A DNA stretch of 64,000 nucleotides from Anthoceros angustus (lineage: Eukaryota > Plantae > Anthocerotophyta), in contig MU008187.1 in assembly GCA_010909165.1 (NCBI GenBank), positions 562,247-626,246 of the forward strand, given 5' to 3'. How positions within the stretch are numbered: position 1 is the first letter of the stretch; each line of letters starts with the position of its first letter. Below the pieces are notes generated by a model. The model made no database searches, was not told the DNA's origin, and was given only the letters and a program-made list of their open reading frames with translations. The translations under genes were made by a program, and so were the position numbers. Shown piece after piece: positions 13,494 to 26,400 of this stretch.

Positions 13494-14046
13494 TTGGTTT
13501 CCTTCAAATTAAGTAGCCCACAAAATAAGAGAGGCTGCCCTATCACTCAGAAGTTGCTCATGCTATTCCTCATGTATGTAGCATGTGTGAGAGGCCGAAA
13601 CATGTAAGTGCGGTGAGGCTAGGTTTCAGCATACTGCCAAAGGACCTCGAAGAAAGCTCAACTGGAATGGCCCAGCCCAGTAAGGAGTGAGGCGATTCAA
13701 TGTAAGTGGCACTAGAACTACAGCCTTCAAATTTCAATACGACGGTGAAGGTTATTAGACCCAAAGCAAGCATGCTCCAGTCGAAATATGTTTAACAAAG
13801 TTTGATATTAAGGCTCCATGGCAACGCCATTCTCGCTACCGAAGGTATGCGGTAGATACTAAGTCGCTTTGCCCTTGTACGCCTGCAGTGAGAGGTACTC
13901 ATCAAAAGCTGGCAGAATTCACAAATTTTATGCCATTAGCCGTTTGTTAAGTACACTTAAGGTAACCTCAAGTCTGCCGTTGAATCATGGTCAGCCATTC
14001 CTGGAAGAAGAGAAAAGTATCTGACTTCTTCGGTGAGCACTCTAAT
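13494..14046 (-). pseudogene. Copia X integrase core, inverted relative to the rest of X
   Basis: The minus strand reads KKSDTFLFFQEWLTMIQRQT...ENGVA...KPSL...FVGY with frameshifts. Confidence 0.8.
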
Positions 14047-15178
14047 CGTAAGGGTGCTTAGGAAAGTGTGCATTAATAAGATGCATAACATAATTTTCTT
14101 TATTGTTTTGGAGTAGAATTAGGTTCTAATTCCAAGAAAATAGAAATCAAGAAGATGCTTTTGTGTTTCAATTTCTTTAAGTTGTCTATGCAATTTCGCA
14201 AAATTAGCGATTGAGTGTGCATCTTTTGAATTGTTCTTTTGAACAATACAAATCATGCACACTAGAACATTACTAACAAGTGTAGATAGAAATTTTATAA
14301 AAGAAATTACAATGCGATTTTACAGAAACACAAATATTTGTTGTGGCCAATTCACATGGCACATAACCAAGGCCAACAAGGCCATTAGCGCCTATTGGAT
14401 TCCACAAAAGAGAATCACAGGCAGCCTGAGATCCTCAACCGGGCACTCGCTCAGCTTTTCGAGCCATTTGGGAATGGGATGTCGAATCGATTCGGCTACT
14501 TTTCGGCAACAATCGGCATGAAGCCTTCGATTCAATTCTTGAATTGCGTATCACAGAGAGACATCTTGAAGCCTCGTTAAATCCCATGAACCTTCACGAG
14601 GTATTGGCAGCGTTTACGGAGCAACAGAGTTCTAACGCAGTCACACCACACAGTGTTACACAACTTGTGACTGATTGAATCACACAGCAAGTCGGTGAAC
14701 GCAAATCAATTGGCGGAAGGTGATTGTGCCGCGTTGACTTTCTGATTTGAAGGAGCGATTTCTCACTTGGATTTCAAGCTTCTAACCTTGTTGAAACCAG
14801 CCATAACCCTATTTCACGAGGAGTTGCATGCAGAAGGTTGTCAAAACGAATAGAAGTCATAGATTTGATACCTAATTCATGTCCTTCTTGTGCTACTTAC
14901 TCCTTCAATAGATGGGAGTCTAGGCATAATAAAATAGAAAGACAGTAGACAGACATCTCAAAATGGCGTAACTAGGCATGGCAGAAATGCTCACCCCTAA
15001 CATCTTTTGAGTAGATCATGCCTAGTTTCTCTGCGCGTAAGCATGCCCTATGCCTCGCATAGAGAGGAAGAATCGACACAGTTGTGTTAGAAGCCAGCAT
15101 TCTCGAAAACTTTGAAGATTCCAGACAAAGTTTGATTCGAAGCCTGAATTTGAATTCGACGACGACAACACTTTCAAC

Positions 15179-18172
15179 ATGTCGAAGCGCCAGTATTGGA
15201 GAAGGGTTTCGAAGAGGAGTTCAATGGGGTGATTTTGACATTTGGGTCATCCGAATGGAAGGTGCTGCGAAGGTTGTGGAAAGTTTACTACGGCATCGAG
15301 ACCAAACACGATCAAGGATCCGAAGGCGGGCGGCGTGGCAAGTCAACGATCTTGCCATGTTCCCGATCCGATGCAGGCTAACATCCGAGATGTTGAGACA
15401 TGGAGGGGCCAAGACGAGGAGATTTGGACACGCGTTTAAAAGACTGCTCGAAGAAATGACGCGCTGTGTCATGGCGCAATCGCAATCTCCATAACTTGAA
15501 AATGAAGGATGGGGATTCCATTCAAAAACATATCGGAGTATTCAGAACACTTGCCTCTAGGTTGGAAGAGACCTCAGGGGAAATCATGAAAGACAGACAG
15601 TTGTCTATGTTGCTGATGCTCTCGCTGCCCGAGTCCTGGTCGAACTTTGTCACTGCCCACACACAGTCCCTCTCACAAGTGACGAAATTAGCACAAGCTG
15701 CTAAAGTGACGCTACCAGACACAAGCTTTGCTGAGTTTGTTGGAACCTTGCTAGAAGAAGAAGCCTCCAGGGGCAATCACAAGCGTCCAGGCAAACAACA
15801 AGCTTTATATACATCTGGACGTGGGAGAGGTAGTGGAGATACCAGTCGCGAGGAGCATCAAGCTCTTCTCGATTCCTGAGGAGGCTCCAAGTGAGCTCAA
15901 GCAACACTGCCAACAACTCTAACAAGAAGGGTAAGAAAAGGTACTTGCCATTGGTGCAAAATTCGAGGCATTGGGAAAGGGATCGAAAAAGTGTCCCTCG
16001 TAAGGAGGGTCCAGGCGTAAACGAATGTTGTGGTTAAGCAGAACACCCCATCCCTTCGCTTGGGACACGGGAGTTGCTAGTCCACACTTGTTTCACATGT
16101 CGCCTACTAACGTCAAACCATTGAGCATAGAATGGTATTTGGATCGGTGCACGCACATTTGCTTTGACAGTGCATTTCGCACATATAGGTCGATTGAGTA
16201 CCGTGTGTATTTAGGCGATGATGTGTCTTTGGTCTCACAGCATAGGCACGCTTGATCTTCGGTCCCATCGTCAGCTAATCCTGCACGATGTGTATTACGT
16301 GCCTGCAATGACCAGAAACTTGATCTCGGTTAGAAGGCTCAATGCTGATAACCATAGCCATGTTCTGTTTACTGAGACAGAATGCCAGGTAATAGATGCA
16401 AATGATCATAGAAAGATACTTGCCTATGGATCATCTGATCATGACTTGTTCCGTCTTCATACCAAGAGTGGAGTAGCTGAGTCTCACTCTATACAGGGCA
16501 CATCCCGATAGCCTCTGCACAACAGATTGCAAAAAGTAAGTTGTGGCATGCTAGACTAGGTCACCCTCATAGCACAAAACTTCAGCAGTTAGCTGCTAGT
16601 GACCTTTACAAAGATGGACCCTTGGGCAGTCTGATTGCCTTACCACTCTGTGAAGCTTGTGTGCTTTCCAAGCGACACCAAGCTGCCTTTAGGAATCGGG
16701 CACCTTATCGTGCTAAAGATATCCTTGAACTTGTACACAGACTGTGGTCCTCTTTCTCAAGAGTCCATAGGTGGTGGCAAGTATTTCGACATTCGGTACG
16801 ATAAGACCCGGTTTGTTACCACATACATCACGAAGAACAAGAGTGAATGCTTCACCTACTTCAAAGAATACATCAAGTATGCAAAGGTGGACGGAAAACA
16901 ATCGAAAACCTCACAACAATCATTGCTCACACCCCAGATGGCCAGGTCGGTGTAACGAATTTGACGTTACAGAGATGATATCTTCCCTCCTCCATCGGCT
17001 AAACTCCTCGACTCGACCGTAAGCTCTCTCCACATCAACCTATCTCCGAGCAGGTTGCCCACTCACTGTTGTCGGAATGACTCGGCGGAGGCCTTCACAG
17101 CAGGTGAAGCCTTCTATCCAACACCGAGGATATTTGGCTATCCGGACTATGCTTTTATTCCCAAGGAAAAGAGGAAGAAAAGACAAAGCAAGGAAGTTGC
17201 TCATGATAGGGTATCTGAGGATCAAGGCTTATAAACTTATTTATTCACCTTCTAACAAAGTCATCTATGCTCGAAGTGTAACCTTGATGAAAGCCGTATA
17301 TTATTTTAGTGGGAGCTATCCAGATACACGCCTCTCGTCAATGGAGAGGATAGCCTTCCTAATGTCACTCACTTTGACATGTCTGATCATAGCACTTTGG
17401 ACCCTCATCACCCTGAGGAGATTGTTCTTGCAGGAGGGGATAATGACCAAGTGTTAGAACCTGAAAATGAACACCTTGATCAGCATGAACAACCTCTAGT
17501 AGATTATCACCAACCTGAATATGCATCTGATCCAGCCATAGAACTTAATCTGGATGTAGATTCTGTAGATGAAGAAGATCATGCTGCAGATGAACCTGAA
17601 CTTGATTTACCACAAGGAGAACTTGTACCAGAACCTGAACGGCGTTATTCTATTCGTGACCGCCGACCTCCTGATTATTATCGTGCCACAGATTTTCGGC
17701 GGCCCACCTCTTCTCATATTCGGGTGCATGCTGCAACTAACCTCGACCCTATAGAACCAAAGTCTTATGCTGAGGCGTTGAGCAGACATGATCACAAAGA
17801 GAGGGAGAAAGCCATACAGTTAGAATATGACTCACTCATTGAAAATGGCACATGGGACCTGGTAAAGTTACCTCCTGGCATGAAAATGATTTCTTGCAAG
17901 TGGGTATTCAAGTTAAAAATGAAGGCTGATGGAACCTTCGATCGATATAAAGCCCGACTAGTTGCCAGAGGCTTCACACAGATTCCAGGTCTCGACTACC
18001 TTGAAACTTATGCCCCTGTTATCAAGCTGCCCACATTTCGTACAATCTGCGCAGAGGCAGCAGACAAGGACTATGAGTTGCGAATGTTTGATGTAAAAAC
18101 CGCTTTCCTGCATGGTGTGTTAGGGCAATCTACAAAACTGAAGGCTATGTGGTGAAAGGAAAGGAAGACTAT
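15179..18172 (+). pseudogene. Copia Y gag-protease-integrase-RT (N-terminal part), frameshifted
   Basis: DFDIW, LKMKDGDSIQKHI, LPESW, WYLD, WHARLGHP, CEACVLSK, EPKSYAEAL, CKWVFKLK, YKARLVARGFTQ, DVKTAFLHG. Confidence 0.92.
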
Positions 18173-18173
18173 G

Positions 18174-21100
18174 CCGGGTGCAAGCATGCTTTGGTGCCAC
18201 ACTTTTGTGCCATATGGCAAAGTACATTTGGCTATCTTGTGCTAGAGTATGAATGGTGTGAATATGAATTTTGAACCATTTACTTTTATATATTTTATCA
18301 TACTTCTTACCTTATAGTATATATATTTATTATTATTATTAGTATGCTCTACTTTAACTTTCTACTTTTTACTTTAACCATAAAACTTAACTTTAGGTAA
18401 GTCTAAATCACTCACTTTACGTTGACAAGCTGCCACGTTTGGACATTGATCGTCCCACCTCTCCCTTCCTCCGATCCTCGCTTCCTCCCCTCCTCCTCCT
18501 CTTCGTGTCCGCTTGAGGCACTGTTGCTTCTTGCCATGGCTCTAGGAGCACTCATCGTTTAAGGAAGCTCGCAATTTGAGCGGCGAGGCGTGCAAGATCG
18601 GGCTGCCGCATCGATCTTGGGAGATACTCCTACCTTGAGGCAAGGTATGGAATTGGCACGATGGTGATGGGAAGCTCCGAGAAAGGCTTGGCGTTGAAGC
18701 GACAAGTTTTGATGGGTTTGAAGGAGAGATTGGGAGGGCGGACGTGTTGTCGATGCCTTTGGCAAGGTATGAAAGCGAGAACATAGGCTTTGTATGGCAA
18801 GGAGACACACTCTCATCGGGGTGGAGGCACGTAGATGATCTATTATACCACATCTATGGGAAGCATGGCGGTGCAACTCACAGTGGTGCCCAGTCCATGG
18901 CCTTGGGACTTTTGGTAGAGAAGAAAGCGTGCAAATGTGTGGTGGGCAGCCTTCCTTTTGAAGGCGGCGAAGGAGGCGAAGGAGGCAAAGGAGGCGAAGG
19001 GAAGAACACTGGGATGGATGAGAAAGAGGTGGAAGTTGAAGAAATGGCGTCGGAGGAGGACAAGGAGGAGGCGGTTGCGGCTCTCTCCATAGGGCCCGGC
19101 CGGCTCGGCCTGTGGCGAATCCTGAGGCCGGGCGACGTTCGCTCCTCATTGTCTCACCTCCTAAGGCTTCTAAAGCCTCTTCTATTCAGTGATCACGAGG
19201 TGGAGCAGGAGTCGGCAGGAGTGGAGGCCGCATTTGGTGTGGCAGGCGGGCTTACGATTCAATGAGCGTGCTGCGGCGGAAGACTTTAGAGACATCGTCG
19301 GCAAAGGTTCGTCTTCTCGAGCTGCGTGAGGTGTTGCCACTTTACAACATGGGGGCGGGGTATCGGGACTCGACATGGGTGGAGATTCTGATGTTGGGGC
19401 ACAGTGCGGTGGTGCTAACCTAGTTGTGGATCAGGATCTTTGGATATATTGGCTGAAGGATGGGGTGCTAGTGATTTCCTGGCGATGTATGGGTCTTTGG
19501 TGGTATGGGTTGCTTGTAATGTTGCTTGTAATGTGGGCTGGTGCACGCTTCTTTTTCTTGCTCTCCCAGAGGCGACTTGTGTTGGTGTGATTTTGCGCTT
19601 GGTGGCCCTGATTTTGTTCCTCTTATGCCGCCCATCTTGAGTGCTTTCCTATTTTGAGGCGATGCCCACCTTCTTATTCTAGTGTTCTAATCGTCGTGGT
19701 ATGAAGGGCTTGGTGATGCGCTTCTTTTTGTGCTCTCTCTGAAGGCCGGCATGGTTTCAGGCATGTGATTTTGTGCACTTTGGGCCGTTGTTTTCGTTGC
19801 TCTTGTGCGCCCATCTCACCTCTTTCCAGGCTGATGTCCTGCTATTTATTCTAGCGTTCTAGCTATTGTTATCTGCTGACGGTGTTGGTGGTGCCGGTGG
19901 TAATCTTCTGGCACTGGTGGATGTTGGATTTAAGCTAATTCGTCGTGATCTGGTGCTAACCTAGTGGTGGATGCAGGAGGTTGAATAGATTTGCTGCAGG
20001 CATCAGGTGCTAGCGATTTCCTGCTGATGTATGGGTGCTGGTGATATGGGTTGGTCTGATGTTTGGTAACGGATCTGATGTGGCGCTAGCGTCTTCTGAT
20101 CGTCGTCATCTTCGGCGTTCTCTGATCGTCGTCATCTTCAGCGTTCTGATCGTCGGATCTGAGGGCTTGGTGCATCGTATGCCCATGTGTGGCTACCGAA
20201 TTTAAGCATAGGTGGTGGCGAAGGGGTGCTAGTTGTCTAACGTTGCTTGGATCGATTTCCTCTGTTGGGGCTCTTATCCCACTTCATCTCGCGTGCATAA
20301 ATCGGTGGGGTGTTAGTGGTTGGTGCAAGGGTGCAACTCTCTGCTCATCTTTGTATGATGGTGCTAAGGTCTCGGTCTTGATCTTTGGTTGTCTTGTGGA
20401 TCTTTGTTATGGTGTACTCTGGTGCTGTTGCCATCATTCTTCTAGAAGGTTCTTTGGGAGGTAGGCGGTGAAGGGTTCGGTCACTTAAGAGTTTTGGTAT
20501 GCACTGGCTCTACATATGTTGTGAAACGGATGCTATTGGTTTTTGGTTTTCAATAGATGGGATCTTGCGATGCCTCGAGAAGCCGTTTTTCATCTGCTCC
20601 AAGTTTCCATCCTTGGTTTTCGCCACGGAAGGCGTGGTAAGCGGTCCGTCAGTTAGTTCTCCTTGGTGACCCGGGCATTGAAGGGTGCACAGTCAGTTGT
20701 CCTCCCAGTCTAGGTCGGTTGGTACCCTTGTATTAGAGGACCATTAGTCATATCTGCCCCCTTTTGTGTGTTCATGTATGCGCACTTGTGTGTTTTGTGT
20801 TCAATGTTTCTTCATGAGTCTCACTTGTGGCGGTTGCCCCATCGTCCATGTGTGAAAATATATCCAGATGGCGAGTTGTGCTACTTGCACCTCCCTATTT
20901 CTTGGTCACTAGGCCACCGACCAATTACCCATATCGGACGATCGTTTGGTTCGTTGACCGGTTGGTCATCGATGGTGGTGATCACTTTACCTTGTGTGGA
21001 CATTGATCCGGTTCGAACTTGGTGAACAATTTGTACATTCTAATGGGTTTCTTGTTTCGGACCATGCTTGGCAATGCTTGACGTGGTCACAAAAGTGAAG

Positions 21101-21422
21101 ACACTAGGTAAATAATCCAATTCAAATTCATAACCGAAGCTGGGCCATGGGTCATCATCAATTGTGGCTAGAACTTTGTGTACGTGGACAAACCCATCCA
21201 AGTAGAACTCCAACATTTGTTTATGTAGAAATAGATATTTTAATAATCTATATATTTTTATATATTAACGCATAAATACAATAACTCTCCCTATAAGTCA
21301 GAAAAAAATTAGATACATCCAGGAGCTGAAATGAATTACATATATTTATATGAACATAGAGATAAGAGTGTTTAAATCTAGTTCCTCACTTAAGTGAGCA
21401 CCAAGCATGCTTGCACCACTCG
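18174..21422. mobile_element. 3.2-kb insertion bounded by inverted repeats, interrupting Copia Y RT; no transposase recognised
   Basis: GGTGCAAGCATGCTTTGGTGC (18177-18197) versus GCACCAAGCATGCTTGCACC (21398-21417). RT stops at GKEDY and resumes at LLKKCLYGLK. Confidence 0.7.
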
Positions 21423-22511
21423 TTATTAAAGAAGTGTCTTTATGGGCTTAAGCGATCCAACCCTTGAATGGAATGGAGTCCTTGATAAAGAGCTCAAAGC
21501 TCTAGGTTTTTAGCAAAGGCGGCGGCCGTCTGTACATCATTAAGGAAAATGTTACATGCTACTTAGCGTATATGTCGATGATCCATCTTGGCCAGCAATA
21601 GCTTGGATTACATTACTTGATAACATCAATGGGAAAGAAGTTCAAGATGTCGATCTTGGCTCTTTACAAAGTTGCCTAGAATACATATTCAGCATAGCAG
21701 TGAAAGGAGTTCTTACCTTAACGACCAAGGTACCTCAGGCCGGTGTTGAAGCGAGAGGTCCGAAGGATGCCAAGCACTTCTAGCACCACCACTCCCAAGT
21801 GGACTAAAACTCGTGAGATATGTCACCTCGGACACCATCGAGGAAAAGGATGAAATGAGAGATGTACCTTATAAGGCGGTGGCCTAGCTCATATATGCGA
21901 CTAACACCACGGCCGGGGTAGCATTCCAACTAGTGTACTCTATCCCAATACCTTGAAAACCTAGGACCAACGCATTGGACATGTGTTAAAAGTATTTAGG
22001 TATTTAAAGGGGCGATAGCGGAGGAATAGCTTACAAGCACATAAGCTGAGCCGCACGGAAGTGTATACGATTCCGATTATCACGGGAGACCGGACACGAA
22101 GGTCGATGTCACAGTTATGTGATTAGCTATGCGGGGAGGACCTATCGATTTGGTCAAGTAAAAGCAGTACTTGATGGCACTCTCAAGACGGTAGGTCTGG
22201 AGTACTTTAACTACCGCAAAGAGGTCATCGTTGAGTATTATTTCGTGGGTGTTGAACTCCAAAATGCACGAATGATGTGGGGCGGTGGCTCAATGTCACT
22301 TGCAGAAAATCCGGTCTTTCACTCCAGGACCAAGCATGTTGCAGTCAAATACCACTGGATACGCGAATTGCTAGCTGACAAGGTGGTATCACTTGAGTAC
22401 GTTGCAACACAAGACAATCCTGCGGATATCCTCACAAAAGCTCTAGGGCATGATCTACATGAAAAACATGTCCATGCACTAGGGATGGGAGAGTCTAGCT
22501 CTCCTAAGTAG
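21423..22511 (+). pseudogene. Copia Y RT C-terminal part and RNase H
   Basis: KKCLYGLK, SVYVDD, ENPVFHSRTKHV, DNPADILTKAL. Confidence 0.9.
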
Positions 22512-23483
22512 AAGTCCACGAAGATGTACGCCTGGTGGCGTGCACTTCCTGCCGAGACACATTAGTCCTTTCTTGCTAATAATCGAATGAAAAACATGCA
22601 GCGCGCCTGCGTCATCAAAGTCATTTACGGATCTGTAGGCCAGATTGAGGAGCTCAGTGAGATTCTCGGTCACGGTTCATAAGGCGAGAGTAGCTCTCTC
22701 CACTTCTAGGAGAGTTGCGGCGTTTACGCTCTTCATATGACTGCCGCTCTTCTGGCTCCAGATCTTTTTCTTCGTTGATTCTCCAGTTGGATCCTGCCAC
22801 AGCAAGTGGGAGGTATTAGTAGGGATTCACAGATAGTAGAAAAACCAAAGCACAAGGAACTTTTGGGCAAGAGGAGGACTTAATATACATGCTGACAACA
22901 TGGCCAGGGAAAGCCCGGCATACATGGACACGAACCCTTCTCATGATCAGCTTGGTGCCGGTGGGTCTATACCAAGCAGAGTTTGAGGATGGGCTGAAGT
23001 CCCATAGCTCACAATCCCGCGATTTCCTTGGAGTAGTCGACGGCAGGGAAGGACAAAGGCGGAAGGCCACGCTCATCATCCGAATATGCAAACTCAAAAG
23101 GAACACGAGCAGGCCCTGCGCGTAAATGGCGGAGGCGGCCCTCACGGTAGAGGGCGGAGAAGAACCACCCATTTCCATTTGAGGGGCGGTGCGGCGGCAG
23201 CTGTAAGCACCACATTGCAGAAATTCCCTCGTTGTCTTGCGCAGTCGACCTCTAGAGCGCCTGCTCCGATCACGCAACGCATCGGGAGCCTCGATTGTAG
23301 CAGGTTGTCCCTGGGTGAGGTGAACCTCCCCAGGTGGTCACGGACCTGGCGCCTCCTCTTGGGCGTAGCGGTGACTTCGAGAGAGGATGTGTGGACGCCA
23401 TCTCAAGAATCAAAACCCCACTCTTAGGAGTATGTTTAGAATGAGGCTCAGGGCGTAACACAAGCTTAAATAGGCAGCGCACC

Positions 23484-26400
23484 TGTGGCGGGACTTTTAA
23501 CGTGGCCGGTAGGCGCACAATCCGTGTCGTTGTGGAAGAAGTCCGTTCCCAAGGGAATGATAGGCCCGTTTACCGCGTTTGGTGATTCTTACCGTCCTTA
23601 GCGCTCGTTCGGTCCCAACTCACACACATACTCCTAACTACTCACAAGCGTTCACCGTACAGCCGGTATGGCCAAGCGTTTAGACCCGTTCGCGTATCGT
23701 TCATACATCCTCACGCATCATCCTTTTCTCTCTCTCCTCTCACGCTACACTCTTGATCTTAGAAAAGGCGCGGGTTCTGTGATCCGGACCTCCTCCGTCG
23801 TTCGCGGGCCTCTCGTCCGGGCTCTACCACCCTCCGGAGTTCCTCCGGCTCACGCGTTCGGTCCGTTGTTTGGGACGCGGCTCGGGGCACGGATCACCAT
23901 CACCCTTCCACACACCACAGCAGCGTTAAGTCGTCACGGGACCTTGATCAATCTCCCGGAGGGCCGTGCACCTTTCGGTGACTCGGGACTCACGTTAGCA
24001 AGAAGACTCACAAAGGTGCGAAACGGCATCAACACCAAGAGAAAGATGCTTTACTAGGCACCTCGGCCCTCTTATCTGCGCCCAAGGTGGCGTCTTTATT
24101 ACACCCCTATTACGGTGATAGATTTCGGTATACCCTAATCGGCCGCCTACCAGCCTATCCCCCTATCTCCTTCGCCGGCTGGGAAGGTCTGAGCCCCTCG
24201 GAATGGGTGGTCAATCCCCGTCAGGGTTGTGGTGCACCCAATCGGATGATCCGTGAGGCGGGCCCCTCCTCTCCCGGAATCACAGCCGGGTTGGGCTCTG
24301 GCGGCGGCGACCGCCGTTACCACGTCATCCTCCCGGCCTCCACAGGTCCTTGGGTGGGGCCACCGCTATCGGCTCCCCTAGCGTAAGTCGAAGGGGCTCC
24401 TCCTTCTTGCGGGCCGGTCCTCGAGGTCTGTCTCGACTCACGAACTTGAGTCGGCTTACAGGTCCGGCCGGCTAGGTCCGACCTTGTCTGGGTCCGGACC
24501 TCGGGGTCGGTTGTCAGTCCGGACTTGAGTCCGGACTTATTAGTCCGGACTTGAGTCCGGACTTATTCGAGTCCGGACTTGAGGTCCGGCCTCCCCTGAG
24601 TCCGGACAAAGTCGGACTCACGCCCACCGGGTTTCCTCCCTCACGGGACTCCTCCGTGGCTCTCCCTCGAAGTCCTCCCTGTTCCCGATCGCCGGTACTC
24701 CCCGTTGGCCCCTCCTTCCATGGTGAGGTGCGGGGTGCTTACCTCATCTCGCCGCTCCTCGTTCCTCCTCCGGTTGCTCCTCTCCGCTCCGTCATCTCAA
24801 GCAGGGCCACTAGGGTCCTGTCTTGTCCCGTGGCCTTCATCTCCTTGAGCCTTCCGGTCCGTCCGTCTGCGGCGTCGAGGCTTCTCGCCGGGAGCTCGGC
24901 GTGGTAATAGGCAAAGTCAGATCGACTTGTTGAATTGCCTCTTCCACGTGTGCGGACCCGATACTCCCTCCGCCATAAGTGTTGGGCGTCTTTGCCGGCT
25001 TGTTGGGCCACCTCTCTGCCGGTTGTGGTGGGCGGGCTGTATCACGTGAGGCTACAAGGCGGCCTCGGTCACCTCCTGCAGCTTGTTGCTCACTGCTCCG
25101 GCTCCGTCGTTTCCTTTGCCGACTTACCGCCATAGCGCGTTCCCTTCCTCATTTGGACCGGCTTCTTTTACGCTTCCGTGCTCGCTCCTCCGTTCATTCG
25201 GCCTTTAGCTCAGACTCCCTCTCCAGGATCGGATACCTCCGCTCGGACTTCCTCCGGCTCATACATGGCAGCAGCGTCCAACTCCTTGGATAGTCGCCGA
25301 TTTTCCTCCGTCTTGAGGAGCCGAGGCACTCTTTCGTGCTCGAGTCGTGGATTCTCTGTTGAGAATCACTGCTGCTCAAGCGCATCTTGGGTTGTAGCTC
25401 ACGTGTCCCTTGCATCCTCCATCTGCTGCCGCCTCCCTTCTACCTCCTGTGTGCTCGGAGATCCTCTATCTCCCGTCTTGGCCCTGCACACTCCATAGCC
25501 TTTGTGCGGCCTTGAGTCTCGGTACTGCTCTCTCCACGGTTCGATCACGTCAGTAGTGATCCGGTCGCTCTTCACCGCGGCTTGACTCCGCCGCCTTTAC
25601 GGGCCTCGCCCATTTGGCTCTGGCCCGCCTCCGCCCAGTCCCAGCTCTCTTGTGCGGGCCTCTTCCGCCTCTGCTGCGCTTCCCTCTTCGCCAAGGTCCT
25701 CCGCGCTTGGGCCTCTGAGCTTGCCTTGTGGTGAAGAACCTTAACCGTCTGTGAACCGCGGGCCTCGCGCTCCGCCACCGGCGTTTCCCTTCCTCGATCC
25801 GGCGAGGACTCCGCCTTTCCTTTGCCCCTCGGCCGCCTTGCTCTTGGGTTCCACCATCCTCCTCGGGTGGCCTCCACTTCCACAGGTCTTCTCGTACCAC
25901 GAGACCCCAAAGCATTCCGTCCATGGCGGTAGCAGACTTCGCCGTGTTTCTTCCACGGCCGGAGTGAGGCCCCACAAAGTCCGTAGTGGGCCGGCATTTC
26001 TCGGTCCGCCAAGGACCTCCATCCACCTCCGGGTAAGTCGGGAGGGTTCTCCGGACCTAATCGGGACCCTCGGGTCACAGTGGTGTCAGTCTCACCCTCT
26101 TTGGCCCTCTTGGCCTCTAACTCCTTTGTGCCCTCTTTCTCACAGGGCTCGGAGGAGGTGAGGGGTCAGGGAGCAAGCTCTTTTGCCCCTTCACAGGGGG
26201 CAGGCCGGCTCGAGGTGGGGCTGCGCGTGACCTCCTGCTCCTTGGGCCACGTCCTTCCCTCCTTACCGCCTCTTGACCTCTTGCCACTCAGGTGGGCGGG
26301 GGTATGCACCTTCGAGTGTCTTTGCGTTGGTAAGCGGCACCGTCTTCTCTTGGCTCCCCGTTGAGTCGGGGCTCGGCCGTGGTTGTTGGTGTGCAGCCGG

